Shown here piece after piece: positions 1 to 19,723 of a DNA stretch of 64,000 nucleotides; the stretch's first letter is position 1, and every line of letters begins with the position of its first letter. The translations under genes were made by a program, and so were the position numbers. The notes under the pieces were generated by a model. The model saw only the letters and a program-made list of their open reading frames with translations, was not told where the DNA came from and made no database searches. The stretch comes from Eimeria praecox (lineage: Eukaryota), in the NCBI GenBank assembly GCA_963920595.1, contig OY986949.1:3844001-3908000 (forward strand). Reading direction: 5' to 3'.

Positions 1-82
1 TCTTAATATAAATTAAATTAAAACAATACAAAACAAATATTAATAGAGAAAGAAAGAATATTTATTAAACATTTAATAACAC

Positions 83-101
83 ATTCTTCCTGCTGCTGCT
101 C

Positions 102-142
<41 letters not shown>

Positions 143-326
143 TGTAGACCGCTCGCTGTCTGCTGCCTCTCACGTTTGAAGGTGTTTTGTAGATTTGTTT
201 GATGTTATACTCTGTATTAAATATAATTAAATAATTTATTTTTATTTGTTTTTATCTATCAGACATAGCAGAGGGGACAGACAGACAGACAGATACACAC
301 ACACACACACACACACGAATCTGCTG

Positions 327-377
<51 letters not shown>

Positions 378-507
378 AGGGGGCCCCTCGGGGGCCCCCC
401 TCGGTGTGGCAGCAGCAGCAGCTACGATGCAGCGAAAGATAGAAGCATCTCCTTCTTGATTTTGTGTTTGTGTTTACTTTTTACGGGGTTTACCTCTAAG
501 AGGGGTC
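83..507 (-). CDS. Possible partial multi-exon gene running off the left edge (hypothetical protein)
   Basis: Segments 507-317 and 211-83 join through GT/AG sites in consistent phase (...EGDASIFRCIV...AQQIQYNIKQIYKTPSNVRGSRQRAVYNQ...). No convincing start codon was found. Confidence 0.3.
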
Positions 508-656
508 CTAGGGTTTAGGGTTTAGGGTTTAGGGTTTAGGGTTTAGGGTTTAGGGTTTAGGGTTTAGGGTTTACACTCCATCACGCTCAGAGGTTATGAG
601 GGCGAATCGTTGCAGCAGCAGCTCAACAGGAGCTCGAGCAGCAGCAGCAGCAACAC

Positions 657-688
<32 letters not shown>

Positions 689-702
689 GCAGCAACAACA
701 AT

Positions 703-747
<45 letters not shown>

Positions 748-759
748 TGTTTGCGGTGT

Positions 760-822
760 ATGGCCACCACCATGACGACACAAGAAAGCAGAAGAAGACG
801 CCACAGCCAGCGCTCTTCACGG

Positions 823-863
<41 letters not shown>

Positions 864-1034
864 GCAGCAGCTATCAGAAGATGAGGAGCTCCAGCTAGCC
901 CTTGCTCTCTCCCTTTCACTACAACAGCAGCAAGAAGAGCAACAGCAGAGGCAGCAGCAGCAGCAGCAGCAGGAGCAGCAGCAGCAGCAACAGCAACACG
1001 ACGCGGAAGCAAGTGACGCCGGAGCAGCACAATT

Positions 1035-1072
<38 letters not shown>

Positions 1073-1345
1073 CCGGCAGGCGGGAGCTCACTGACAGCAA
1101 GCCGAAAGCAAACTTGAAAGATCAGCAGCAACGGCAGCAGCAGCAACAGCAGCAGCAGCAACAGCAGCAGCAGCAACAGCAGCAGCAGCCTTTGCTGCTT
1201 CAGGGGAAAAGGCGCAGCCGCCAGAGTAGCAGCAGCGGCAGCAGCAGCAGCAGCAGCAGCATACTGCAGCAAGAAGCAACAGAGAGCAGCAGCAGCAGCA
1301 GCAGCAGAGTGCATCGGAAGCGTCTGCGTGCTGAACAGGCTGTCT

Positions 1346-1377
<32 letters not shown>

Positions 1378-1551
1378 CGAAACAGCTGCAGCAGCAGCAG
1401 CAACAGCAGCAGCAGGGGAAACAGCTGCAGCAGCAGCAGACGAAATAGCAGCAGCAGCAACTGCAGCAAAGAAGACGAAGACCTGCAGCTGGCCTTGGGC
1501 CTCTCGCTCTCTGAGCAGGCTGCCTGCTGCAGCAGCAGCAGCAGCAGTAGC

Positions 1552-1585
<34 letters not shown>

Positions 1586-1941
1586 AGTGCGAACCCAACT
1601 TTAAAAACATACAGGAAGACCTCTACATAGACGAAGGAAGCAGCAGCAGCAGCAGCAACAGTAGCAGCAGCAACAGTAGCAGCAGCAACAGCAATAGCAG
1701 CAGCAGCAGCAGCCGCAACACGAGCAGCAGCAAAGACAGCAGCAGCAGCAGCAGCAGCAGCAGCACAAGCTCTAACTTGCAGACAGTGCAGCAGGCAACG
1801 CCCCGCCGCAGCCAACGTCTTGCTGCTGCTGCTGCTGACAGCAGCAGCAGCAGCAGCAGCAGTGAGAGCGACTACGGCGGCAGCAGCAGCAGCAGCAGCA
1901 GCAGCGACTCGGACTTCGCCAGCAGCAGCAGGGGGCGCCGT

Positions 1942-1973
<32 letters not shown>

Positions 1974-2033
1974 AAGACATCACTGCAGCAGCAACGAAGC
2001 AACAACCACACGCAAAGCAGCAGCAAGCCGCTC

Positions 2034-2081
<48 letters not shown>

Positions 2082-2141
2082 ATCGGTTCTAGCAGAGCGG
2101 CGTGCTGCCTTGCGGGCTGAGCGAAAGCAGCAGCGTCAGCG

Positions 2142-2181
<40 letters not shown>

Positions 2182-2255
2182 GCAGCATGGAAAGAGGAGA
2201 AGCTGCTGGCAGCCAGAGACTTCCTATGGGATGTGCTGACCGGGGTGCAGCCTCT

Positions 2256-2303
<48 letters not shown>

Positions 2304-2369
2304 AGCAGCACAAGTACAGAAGGCGTTAACTAAATTACAACAGAATCTCACTTCAGAAGCAGCAGATAT

Positions 2370-2420
<51 letters not shown>

Positions 2421-2464
2421 GCAGCCGGCGGTGGATACAGAGCATCCCACTGCAGCACAGGCAC

Positions 2465-2510
<46 letters not shown>

Positions 2511-2780
2511 TTTTCATAACTACGTAACACTAGAGAGGTTGCAGGAAGTAGCAGAAGCTGCCTGCGTGGATCTAAGCGAGAAAGACATACTAGATATGTT
2601 TGCTGCTGCTGCTGCTGCTTTTGCTGCTGCTGCTGCATCTCCTACAGAGGCTTGTGCTGCAGCAGCAGCAGCAGCAGAAGCAGCAGCAGCAGCAAAGAAG
2701 CAATTTGTTACATTCGCAGAATTTGCTGCTGTATTCAATCACGCAGGATTAAGAATAGAAAAAAACGGCCACATATGGTA

Positions 2781-2781
<1 letters not shown>
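760..2781 (+). CDS. Single-exon protein (~673 aa) with two ubiquitin-interacting motifs and a degenerate C-terminal centrin/calmodulin-like EF-hand pair
   Basis: First ATG of the long ORF is at 760. UIM-like motifs are SEDEELQLALALSL (~874-915) and EDEDLQLALGLSLSE (~1471-1515). The C-terminus YVTLERLQEVAEAACVDLSEKDILDMF...QFVTFAEFAAVF resembles EF3-EF4 of centrin. The rest is polyS/Q/A. Confidence 0.8.
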
Positions 2782-2815
<34 letters not shown>

Positions 2816-3091
2816 AGCAGCAGCAGTTGCAGCAGTTGCAGCAGCAGTTGCAGCAGCAGTTGCAGCAGTTGCTGCTGCTGCTGCTGTGTTTGTTGTGCTG
2901 CTGCAGCAAATGCTGCCTCTGGTTTTCTACAAACGACGAGTACTGTCTTTACTCGGTGGCTGCAGCTGCTGCTGCTGCCGCAGCAGCAGCAGCTGCTGCT
3001 GCTGCTGCTGCAGCAGCAACAGGTTTAAAGTTTGGGATTTGTGTGGGGGCTTGTGCTGCAGTGCTGCTCGTCTCGCGATTGTTGCTGCTGT

Positions 3092-3132
<41 letters not shown>

Positions 3133-3359
3133 CTGCTGCTGTTGCTGCTGCTGCTGTTGCTGCTGTTGCTGCTGCTGCTGGTTGAGGTGTCTCTTCAGCT
3201 TTCACCTCCGGCAGTGTATTTGCTGTCTCCTTCGGTTGCTGCTTCTGCTGTTGCTGCTGTTGCTGCTGCTGCTGCTGCATCGTGTGTTGCTGCTGCTGTT
3301 GCTGCTGCTGCTGAGGCTTGGGGGTTAATAAGAACAACCTGCAGCAGCAGCAAGAGACG

Positions 3360-3396
<37 letters not shown>

Positions 3397-3570
3397 TAAA
3401 AGAGCAGCAGCAGCACGAAGGAGCAAATCAAATAAAATATATAATTAGTTAAAATAATATAAATAAATAAATAAACAAACAAACAAACAAAACAACAAAA
3501 ACAAACAAAGACAGAGAAAGAGAGAGAGGAGACAGATAAATATAAAAGGAGACAGAGACAGACACATACA

Positions 3571-3665
<95 letters not shown>

Positions 3666-3867
3666 AATAAATAGAGAGAGAGACAAACAAACAAATAAAT
3701 AAATAGACGAATAAATAAAATAAATGAGTAAATTAAATAAATTAAATAAATAAATAAATAAATAAATAAACAGAAGTAAAGAGAGGAGACAAATTCAAAA
3801 AGAGGAGACAGATAAACAAGAAGAAGAGACAAATACAAAATAAGAAGAAGAGACAGATTAACAAGAA

Positions 3868-6349
3868 GAGGAGACAGATAAATAAGAGGAGACAGATAAA
3901 TAAGAGGAGACAGATAAATAAGAGGAGACAGATAAATAAGAGGAGACAGATAAATAAGAGGAGACAGATAAATAAGAGGAGACAGATAAATAAGAGGAGA
4001 CAGATAAATAAGAGGAGACAGATAAATAAGAGGAGACAGATAAATAAGAGGAGACAGATAAATAAGAGGAGACAGATAAATAAGAGGAGACAGATAAATA
4101 AGAGGAGACAGATAAATAAGAGGAGACAGATAAATAAGAGGAGACAGATAAATAAGAGGAGACAGATAAATAAGAGGAGACAGATAAATAAGAGGAGACA
4201 GATAAATAAGAGGAGACAGATAAATAAGAGGAGACAGATAAATAAGAGGAGACAGATAAATAAGAGGAGACAGATAAATAAGAGGAGACAGATAAATAAG
4301 AGGAGACAGATAAATAAGAGGAGACAGATAAATAAGAGGAGACAGATAAATAAGAGGAGACAGATAAATAAGAGGAGACAGATAAATAAGAGGAGACAGA
4401 TAAATAAGAGGAGACAGATAAATAAGAGGAGACAGATAAATAAGAGGAGACAGATAAATAAGAGGAGACAGATAAATAAGAGGAGACAGATAAATAAGAG
4501 GAGACAGATAAATAAGAGGAGACAGATAAATAAGAGGAGACAGATAAATAAGAGGAGACAGATAAATAAGAGGAGACAGATAAATAAGAGGAGACAGATA
4601 AATAAGAGGAGACAGATAAATAAGAGGAGACAGATAAATAAGAGGAGACAGATAAATAAGAGGAGACAGATAAATAAGAGGAGACAGATAAATAAGAGGA
4701 GACAGATAAATAAGAGGAGACAGATAAATAAGAGGAGACAGATAAATAAGAGGAGACAGATAAATAAGAGGAGACAGATAAATAAGAGGAGACAGATAAA
4801 TAAGAGGAGACAGATAAATAAGAGGAGACAGATAAATAAGAGGAGACAGATAAATAAGAGGAGACAGATAAATAAGAGGAGACAGATAAATAAGAGGAGA
4901 CAGATAAATAAGAGGAGACAGATAAATAAGAGGAGACAGATAAATAAGAGGAGACAGATAAATAAGAGGAGACAGATAAATAAGAGGAGACAGATAAATA
5001 AGAGGAGACAGATAAATAAGAGGAGACAGATAAATAAGAGGAGACAGATAAATAAGAGGAGACAGATAAATAAGAGGAGACAGATAAATAAGAGGAGACA
5101 GATAAATAAGAGGAGACAGATAAATAAGAGGAGACAGATAAATAAGAGGAGACAGATAAATAAGAGGAGACAGATAAATAAGAGGAGACAGATAAATAAG
5201 AGGAGACAGATAAATAAGAGGAGACAGATAAATAAGAGGAGACAGATAAATAAGAGGAGACAGATAAATAAGAGGAGACAGATAAATAAGAGGAGACAGA
5301 TAAATAAGAGGAGACAGATAAATAAGAGGAGACAGATAAATAAGAGGAGACAGATAAATAAGAGGAGACAGATAAATAAGAGGAGACAGATAAATAAGAG
5401 GAGACAGATAAATAAGAGGAGACAGATAAATAAGAGGAGACAGATAAATAAGAGGAGACAGATAAATAAGAGGAGACAGATAAATAAGAGGAGACAGATA
5501 AATAAGAGGAGACAGATAAATAAGAGGAGACAGATAAATAAGAGGAGACAGATAAATAAGAGGAGACAGATAAATAAGAGGAGACAGATAAATAAGAGGA
5601 GACAGATAAATAAGAGGAGACAGATAAATAAGAGGAGACAGATAAATAAGAGGAGACAGATAAATAAGAGGAGACAGATAAATAAGAGGAGACAGATAAA
5701 TAAGAGGAGACAGATAAATAAGAGGAGACAGATAAATAAGAGGAGACAGATAAATAAGAGGAGACAGATAAATAAGAGGAGACAGATAAATAAGAGGAGA
5801 CAGATAAATAAGAGGAGACAGATAAATAAGAGGAGACAGATAAATAAGAGGAGACAGATAAATAAGAGGAGACAGATAAATAAGAGGAGACAGATAAATA
5901 AGAGGAGACAGATAAATAAGAGGAGACAGATAAATAAGAGGAGACAGATAAATAAGAGGAGACAGATAAATAAGAGGAGACAGATAAATAAGAGGAGACA
6001 GATAAATAAGAGGAGACAGATAAATAAGAGGAGACAGATAAATAAGAGGAGACAGATAAATAAGAGGAGACAGATAAATAAGAGGAGACAGATAAATAAG
6101 AGGAGACAGATAAATAAGAGGAGACAGATAAATAAGAGGAGACAGATAAATAAGAGGAGACAGATAAATAAGAGGAGACAGATAAATAAGAGGAGACAGA
6201 TAAATAAGAGGAGACAGATAAATAAGAGGAGACAGATAAATAAGAGGAGACAGATAAATAAGAGGAGACAGATAAATAAGAGGAGACAGATAAATAAGAG
6301 GAGACAGATAAATAAGAGGAGACAGATAAATAAGAGGAGACAGATAAAT
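3868..6349. repeat. 18-bp tandem satellite (GAGGAGACAGATAAATAA), about 138 copies
   Basis: Directly visible with no variant units seen by eye; degenerate units precede it at ~3780-3867. Confidence 0.97.
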
Positions 6350-6370
6350 GCGAGTATAGGGTTAAATGTA

Positions 6371-11747
<5,377 letters not shown>

Positions 11748-12311
11748 GTTGCCTGCAACAGGCTGCTAAGGTCTTCTACTTACGGAGAAACACATCAAAC
11801 CCTAAACCCTAAACCCTAAACCCTAAACCCTAAACCCTAATGAGGGGCCCCCAGGGGGGGGGGTTGAGGGTGAGCAGCGTCGTAAACCCTAAACCCTAAA
11901 CCCTAAACCCTAAACCCTAAACCCTAAACCCTGTATTTGCAAGCTACTCTGTATATTTAATTAAAATGAATGTAAATATATGTATTTCAAATAAACATTA
12001 AGTATAAACCCTAAACCCTAAACCCTAAACCCTAAACCCTAAACCCTAAACCCTAGACCATGAGGACAGCCAGCATCGAAGGGCCCCACAGCCGACACTC
12101 GGAGACTCTAAACCCTAAACCCTAAACCCTAAACCCTAAACCCTAAACCCTAAACCCTAAACCCTCCATCTTCTTTTTTTAAAACAGAGAATACAAGTAT
12201 GTTTCTTTGACAAAACTTTGGCTTCGTAGCCGTGGGAAGGCAACGAGGGTTTAGGGTTTAGGGTTTAGGGTTTAGGGTTTAGAGAGCAGAATATCTGCAG
12301 CTAGCAAATAT

Positions 12312-12438
12312 CTAATCTTTTATGTAGTAGGGTGTACACACAGGCAACACAACAATTGATTCTTGCTGCTGCTGTTGCTGCTGCTGTTGTTGCTGCTGCT
12401 GCTGTTGCTGCTGCTGCTCTTGCTGCGGCTCTTGCTGC

Positions 12439-12476
<38 letters not shown>

Positions 12477-12800
12477 CAACTGGTGTAGAGCTTTGACAAC
12501 CAGCAGCAGCCATGTTATCTGCTTGGCTGATGGCCTCAGGTTGAATGCTACCTGCTGCTGCTGCTGCTGCTGCTGCGGTGTTTGCTGCTGCAGCAGTAGC
12601 AGCAGAGGATACACAGGACGGTGTTTAGTGTGTCTTCTGCTGCTGCTGCTGCTGCTGCTGCAGCAGCAGCAGCAGCAGCAATTATCGTAACAGGGCTCTG
12701 CTGCAGCAGCCTGCAGCAGCTCCAGGTCAGCCCAAGGTATATACTTCTTCGACGGCAGCAGCAGCAGCAGCAGCACATCCTCTGTAGATTGTGTCTCTCT

Positions 12801-12838
<38 letters not shown>

Positions 12839-13021
12839 TTTTCGCCAGTACAAGGCCTTGCAGCCGGGGCTTTGAGGTGTCTATACAGCTCGTGTCCTCT
12901 GTTGTTTTGTTTTGTTTTAGTTTAATAAAACCAAATAACAACTTCATATACACAAAACCACAATTCACTTTCTCCTTAGAGACAGATAGCTGATAGCGTA
13001 GACTCGCTAGCCACGCAGATG

Positions 13022-13091
<70 letters not shown>

Positions 13092-13209
13092 GTGCTGCTG
13101 CTGGGGCTGTTGGTTGTGTTGTGGCTGCTGCTGATGATCGTCTTGGTGCTGCTGCTGCTGCTGCTGCTGCTGCAGTTGTTTGTCTTGCTCCTGCTGCTGT
13201 TCCCTCTCT

Positions 13210-13268
<59 letters not shown>

Positions 13269-13745
13269 TTTGCTGCCTCTGTTCTGGGGTGTCTCTACAA
13301 GAGAGGAGACAGGCACGAGTTTAAATATTTGTTTTTTATGTTTAGAAGAATAAACAAAATCAGAAAATAAAGAACGAGATAAAAACAATAAAACCCGCAA
13401 ATCCTTCCTGAATACACATAAACCCTAAACCCTAAACCCTAAACCCTAAACCCTAAACCCTAAGCCCTAAACCCTAAACCCTAACAACCCTAAAACCCTT
13501 GGAGGCCTCTCAACTTCTTTCTCCTCAAGCACAAAACTCCTGCGGAATGCTGACACTTCCTCCCATGATTTAGGGTTTAGGGTTTAGGGTTTAGGGGGGT
13601 TGGGGTTTAGGGGGGTTAGGGTTTAGGGGGGCTAGGGTTTAGGGTTTAGGGTTTAGGGTTTGGCGGACAGATTGCATTGTAAGGGGGGGAGAGTCAGCCG
13701 AAAGAGATTGAGCTCCGACTTCAGCAGAGAGAAGACACGACAGCT

Positions 13746-13790
<45 letters not shown>

Positions 13791-13853
13791 GGGGGGCGGG
13801 CTGGCGGCCTTGCCACCGCACTCTCCCTCTTCATCCTCGCTGCTGCTGCTGCT

Positions 13854-13894
<41 letters not shown>

Positions 13895-14014
13895 AGTGGG
13901 AGGCAGCTCTCAGCGACGGGCTGAGGGAGACAGGAAGACGAGGACCTGCAGCAGCTGCTGCAGCAGCAGCAAGACAGAGACAGCAGCAAACTATTGTGGT
14001 ATAGCCACAGCAGT

Positions 14015-14054
<40 letters not shown>

Positions 14055-14775
14055 GCAACGGCAGCAGCAGCAACGGCAGCAGCAGCAACAGGGGAAGAGA
14101 CCTCAGCCTCACATCTGCTGTTTTCGTTGCTGCTGCTGTATCTGCTGCTTCCGCTGCTCTTCTTGTTGCTGCTGCCGCAATTGTCTTTGTTGTTGTTGCT
14201 GTTGCTGCTGCTGCTGCTGCTGCTTGCTGCTGCACACTGTAGGTCGTAAATCCGCCGGCAAGTTGGGGACTGCAGCAGCAGCAGCAGCAATAACAGTAGC
14301 AGCAGCAGCAGCAATAACAGTAGCAGCAGCAGCAGCAATAACAGTAGCAGCAGCAGCAGCAATAACAGTAGCAGCAGCAGCAGCAGCAATAACAGTAGCA
14401 GCAGCAGCAATAACAGTAGGAGGAGCAGCAGCAGCAATAACAGTAGCAGCAGCAGCAGCAGCACGAGCAGCAATAGCAGCAGCACCAGCAGCACCACCAG
14501 CAGCAGCAATTGAAGCACCTTAATAATAATAATAAATAGTAATAATAAATAATAATAAATAAATATATAAATATGTAAATAAATAAATAACATAAACAAT
14601 AAAACTACCATGAGTAGATAATAATAATAATAATTAAATTGATAATAATTAAATTAATAATAATTAAATTAATAATATCAAGGAGACAGCAGCAAGAGAA
14701 GAGACAAACAAACCATGAGGATGCGATAGGAAGAGTAGAGAGAAACAAATCTGAATACAACACACAACATATTGC

Positions 14776-14831
<56 letters not shown>

Positions 14832-14934
14832 TTGGTGCTGCTGTTGGTGCTGTTGATGGTGGCGGTGGTGCTGTGATTGCTGCTGTTGCTGCTGCAGCTG
14901 CTGCTGCTTGTGTTGCTGCTATTGCTGCTGCTGT

Positions 14935-14972
<38 letters not shown>

Positions 14973-14979
14973 TTGCTGC

Positions 14980-15022
<43 letters not shown>

Positions 15023-15703
15023 TCTGTTTACGTGTCTGGAGGTCCTCCCTTGTCAGGATGATGAACAGCAGCTAAACGAATAAACGCCTACAGCAAACAA
15101 CACAAACCCTAAACCCTAAACCCTAAACCCTAAACCCTAAACCCTAAACCCTAAACCCTAAACCCTAAACCCTAAACCCTAAACACAAATCCGAGTGGAC
15201 GTAAACACTGTCTCCTGGTAGCAAGGTTACTTGTGTATTTAGGGTTTAGGGTTTAGGGTTTAGGATATACAGGATATACAGGATAGATAGAGTATAGAGG
15301 GTATAGAGAGTATATAGGGTTTAGGGTTTAGGGTTTAGGGTTTAGGGTTTAGGGTTTAGGGTTATTCTTTCCTTTCGTATTTGTTGTGTCTTTGCATCCG
15401 TGTTCAGATTGAGGTGTCTGTACAGCTCGTAAGGAGAAGATTTAAATTTAATTATATTATCGCAGACAGAGAAGAGAAGAGATAAAACAGAAGAAGAAAC
15501 AGCTAGAAAAAACAAGACAGACACAAACACAAATATAAAATATAAATATAAATAAATATAAATATAAATAGTAATATAAATATAAATATAAATATAAATA
15601 TAAATATAAATATAAATAGTAATATAAATATAAATATAAATATAAATATAAAAACAAAGATAAATATAAAAACAAAGATAAATAGGAATACACATATTTA
15701 CAG

Positions 15704-15742
<39 letters not shown>

Positions 15743-15973
15743 GGGAGAGATATAAATGCAGAGGCAGAGAGGAAGAGAGACAAAAGCAAAAATACAGAAA
15801 ACGATAGAAACAAAGACACAGGGACGCTCTGCTGCTGCTGCTGCTGCTGTTGCTGTTGCTGCTGTTGCTGCTGCTGCTGTTGCTGCTGCTGCTGTTGCTG
15901 CTGCAGCAGCAGCAGCAGCTGAGGGAGACACTATTAGGAACAGCAACGGCAACAGCAGCAGCAGATGCAGAAA

Positions 15974-16005
<32 letters not shown>

Positions 16006-16182
16006 ACAGCAGCAGCAGCAACAGCAGCAGCAGCAACAGCAGCAGCAGCAACAGCAGCAAATGCAGCAGCAGCAGCAGCAGCAGCACCTGACGTGTCTTG
16101 CTGCCAGATATTGTTTTGCTGCTGAAGCAGCTGCTGCTGCTCGTCGCGCTTCCTCTTGCCCCCGTGTTGCTGCCTGCTTTCC

Positions 16183-16214
<32 letters not shown>

Positions 16215-16329
16215 TTGCTGCTGTTGCTGCTGCTGCTGTTGCTGCTGCTGCTGTTGCTGCTGCTGCTGTTGCTGCTGCAACGATTTCTCTGTAGCTTTAC
16301 TTCTCGACTCTCCAATATACGCTTTGGGT

Positions 16330-16403
<74 letters not shown>

Positions 16404-16592
16404 CCGCTGTTGTTGCTGCTGCTGTTCCTGCTGTTGCTGCTGCTGCCGCTGCTGCTGTTGCTGCTGCTGCTGCTGATAGTTGTGTGCTGAAGCCAGGCGC
16501 ATTTTGCCTGCGGCTTTGCTTGCTTGTAGTGCTGCAGCAGCTCTTCTACCCTTAGCTGCTGCTGCTGTTGCTGCTGCTGCTGTTGCTGCTGC

Positions 16593-16633
<41 letters not shown>

Positions 16634-16964
16634 CTGCTGTCTCTGGTACAGCTGCTGCCATCCGTGCTGCTCCGAGTGCAGCGGTTGCTGCTGCTGCTGC
16701 TGCTGCATACTTTGACTGCTGCGTCGGACGCCCTGCTGCTGCTGCTGCTGCAGCAGCAGCAGCAGCAGCAGCATAGTGTCGCTGCTCCATAGAATGCTCT
16801 GCTGCTGCTGCTGCTGCTGCATAGTTTGACGGCTGCACAGAACGCCCTGCTGCTGCTGCTGCTGCTGCTGTTCTTGCTGCTGCTGCTGTTCTTGCTGTGC
16901 TTCTACAATTGTTGCTGCTGTTGGTGCTGCTGTTGCTGCTGCTGTTGCTGCTGCTGCTCTTCAT
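12312..16964 (-). CDS. 7-exon DnaJ (J-domain) protein, ~859 aa
   Basis: Exons: 16964-16088, 15502-15372, 15087-15032, 14750-14714, 14269-14113, 13945-13720, 13407-12312. The spliced J-domain reads [60 protein letters not shown] with the HPD motif. One donor is non-canonical (GA). Boundaries outside the J-domain are less certain. Confidence 0.8.
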
Positions 16965-17606
16965 TGTTTTATTTTATATTGTTTTTTTTATTTGTGCTGC
17001 AGTGAAAGTCAACAGCAGCAAACATCGTTGCTAGCAGCAGCAGCAGAATGCTGCTGCAGCATTAGGGCGTATTTGTTTGTTGTCAGGGTCATAAATAAAC
17101 ACGAAAATAAATTTCAAATATATAAAATAATAAATAAATAAATTCAATTTAATTTAATTTAATATTTATATATCCTTTTATACATTAATTTGAGTAGGAG
17201 CAGGCAGAGTCAGAGGCGACAGCAACCAAGACACATAGTATAAACAGAGGTAAGATAGCAATAAATAGAAATAATTTATGAATATTTATTAAATTAATAA
17301 CTTCAATAATAATAATAAACAAAGAAAAACAAGAAAAATATAAAATATAAATATAAAAACAAACAGAGATGGATGCTGCGGTTATTAACACCTGAGGGAC
17401 TTGAACTGTTTGTATATATTTGCGATGAAACAACATTAAATTAATTAATATTATATTAATTATATTAATTATATTAATTATATTAATTATATTAATTATA
17501 AAATTAATATAATTAATTTATTTGAGTTGTTTAACGAGAAAACCTTAAAAAATATACAGCAGCTGAGTCCGATGCACCAGGGATACAGAGCAACACGGCT
17601 TTGCTC

Positions 17607-17659
<53 letters not shown>

Positions 17660-17964
17660 CATTATTTAATTAATTAAATTATTTAATTTAATAAATTAAG
17701 GATATTTTATAATTATTTCTGTTTTTTTTTGATTCGACAATCTCAGGTGTACGTACACCCCAGCACGTCCTCCCAGATCATCACCAGAACAGAACCTGAT
17801 CGTGTTGTAGATATGTTAGTTTTGTTATTTTTTTATCTATTTTTTTAATAAAAACAACTCTAAATGATTTTAATATGTTTTATATTATTATAAACCTGCA
17901 TTTAATTACTTATTTGCCTCTCTTTTCCTCTCTTTTTCGACTCAAGGACTCGTTACAACAACCC

Positions 17965-18030
<66 letters not shown>

Positions 18031-18409
18031 CCTACCTACCTGACCGGCAGCGGCCGCACTTGTACATCTTCATTTATTTGATTGTTTGATACTAATATAT
18101 ATTTTACTGTTTATATTTATATTATTTGTATTGTTTATCCTCTAATTTGTATGTTTTTTTTGTTTTTAATAGAAGAAGAAGAAGAAGTTGTTGCTGTTGG
18201 ATATACCTTAAGATCAAGAGAACGAAGAAGAGGAGCTAACTCTTCTACCTTTAATACTTCTCTTAATCTCTCTAACATATCTTCTCCCCCTAAATCTGAG
18301 AGAGTAACTGACAGTCTATAAGAGACAGAAGATATCGATGCTGCTGCCAGACGCGCGGTGTCTCCTTCTCCTACAGCACATACAGAGAGAGAAAGAGAGA
18401 GATAAAAAC

Positions 18410-18506
<97 letters not shown>

Positions 18507-18877
18507 TCATTAAGGTGTATACAACACAGAAACAACAACAGAATACATGCATACAACACACACAGAAAAAACAACAGATACAGCAGCAACACATGTAGCA
18601 ACAACAGCAGCAGCAACAGCAGCAACAGTAGCAGCAGCAGCACCAGAAGCAATAGCAGCAATAGCAGCAATAGCAGCAGCAACGCCAGTAACAGCAGCAG
18701 CAGCAGCAACAACAAAACCAGCACCATCACGGTAGTAGCAGCAGCAACAGCATCAACAACAGCAGCACGACTATCAGCAGCAGCAGCAACAGAACTAGCA
18801 GCAACAGCAACAGAAGCAACAGCAGCAACAGCAGCAGCAGCAGCAACAGGAGCAGCACTGCATATAGGACGTTCGTA

Positions 18878-19358
18878 TTAACCGTTTGCTGCTTCATCAA
18901 GTGTCTCTGCTAGTGCCCCTGCAGCACTTAGAGCTTCTTCTACTTTATAAACACTTTCTTTGAAATTATTATTTAAATTAATTCTTTCTCTTTGTGCTTG
19001 TCGAGAAATTTGAAGCAAAATCCCAAGAAGTTGATCTAAATTATCTGCCAAAGCTTCGCTATGTTTGAACAATTGTAACAATATTTCTCTCGATCCCAAC
19101 GACCCCACACTCGATCCCGATCCCGATCCCGATCCCCACCCCACACTCGATCCCCACAACCCCACACTCGATCCCGATCCCGATCCCGATCCCGATCCCG
19201 TTTTGTTTCCGGCTGGTAGTTGTTGATGATCTGCTAAGACAGCGGAAAAGGCTGCTGCATCAACAGCTAGACGATCCCAGTTCACAGAGTCTGCGACCTT
19301 CGCAGCTAACCACTCTCTATCCCTTATCACTTTCTCTGTTGCTCCTGTTGCTGCTGCT

Positions 19359-19389
<31 letters not shown>

Positions 19390-19723
19390 TTGTTGTTGTT
19401 GCTGCTGTTGCTGTTGCTGCTGATATTGCTCGAGTGGGGGCTGCTGCTGCTGCTGCTGCTGCAGTCATCAGCTGCAACAAACGAGTTAGGGGACCTGAGG
19501 TGAGATTTCTTCGACAGGGGGAGTCAGTACGAAAACCCCCATGCTGCTGCTGCTGCTGCTGCGGCTGCTGCTGCTGCTGCTGCTGCTGCTGGTTTGTGCT
19601 GCTGAGGAGGCGGGGGATGAGGTGGCTGGGAAGGTGTCGTCGCTGCGGTATTTGCTGACAGCAGCAGATTGATAGAACAGACAAAACACAAAAAAAATAA
19701 ATAAAACCTAAGATTTGTCTCAT
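18878..19723 (-). CDS. Single-exon hypothetical secreted protein (281 aa)
   Basis: ATG-initiated ORF with hydrophobic N-terminus MRQILGFIYFFCVLSVLSICCC, long non-repetitive helical stretches and a GS linker encoded by GGGATC repeats. Confidence 0.75.

Noticed and set aside
509..572. (TTTAGGG)n as a true chromosome end
   Set aside because: Short, flanked by unique sequence on both sides, and one of dozens of interstitial arrays.
17735..18321. Possible small + strand two-exon gene ending ...EEEEVVAVGYTLRSRERRRG...DSL*
   Set aside because: The candidate donor (phase 2) and acceptor (phase 1) do not match and no start was found; unsupported, though not excluded.
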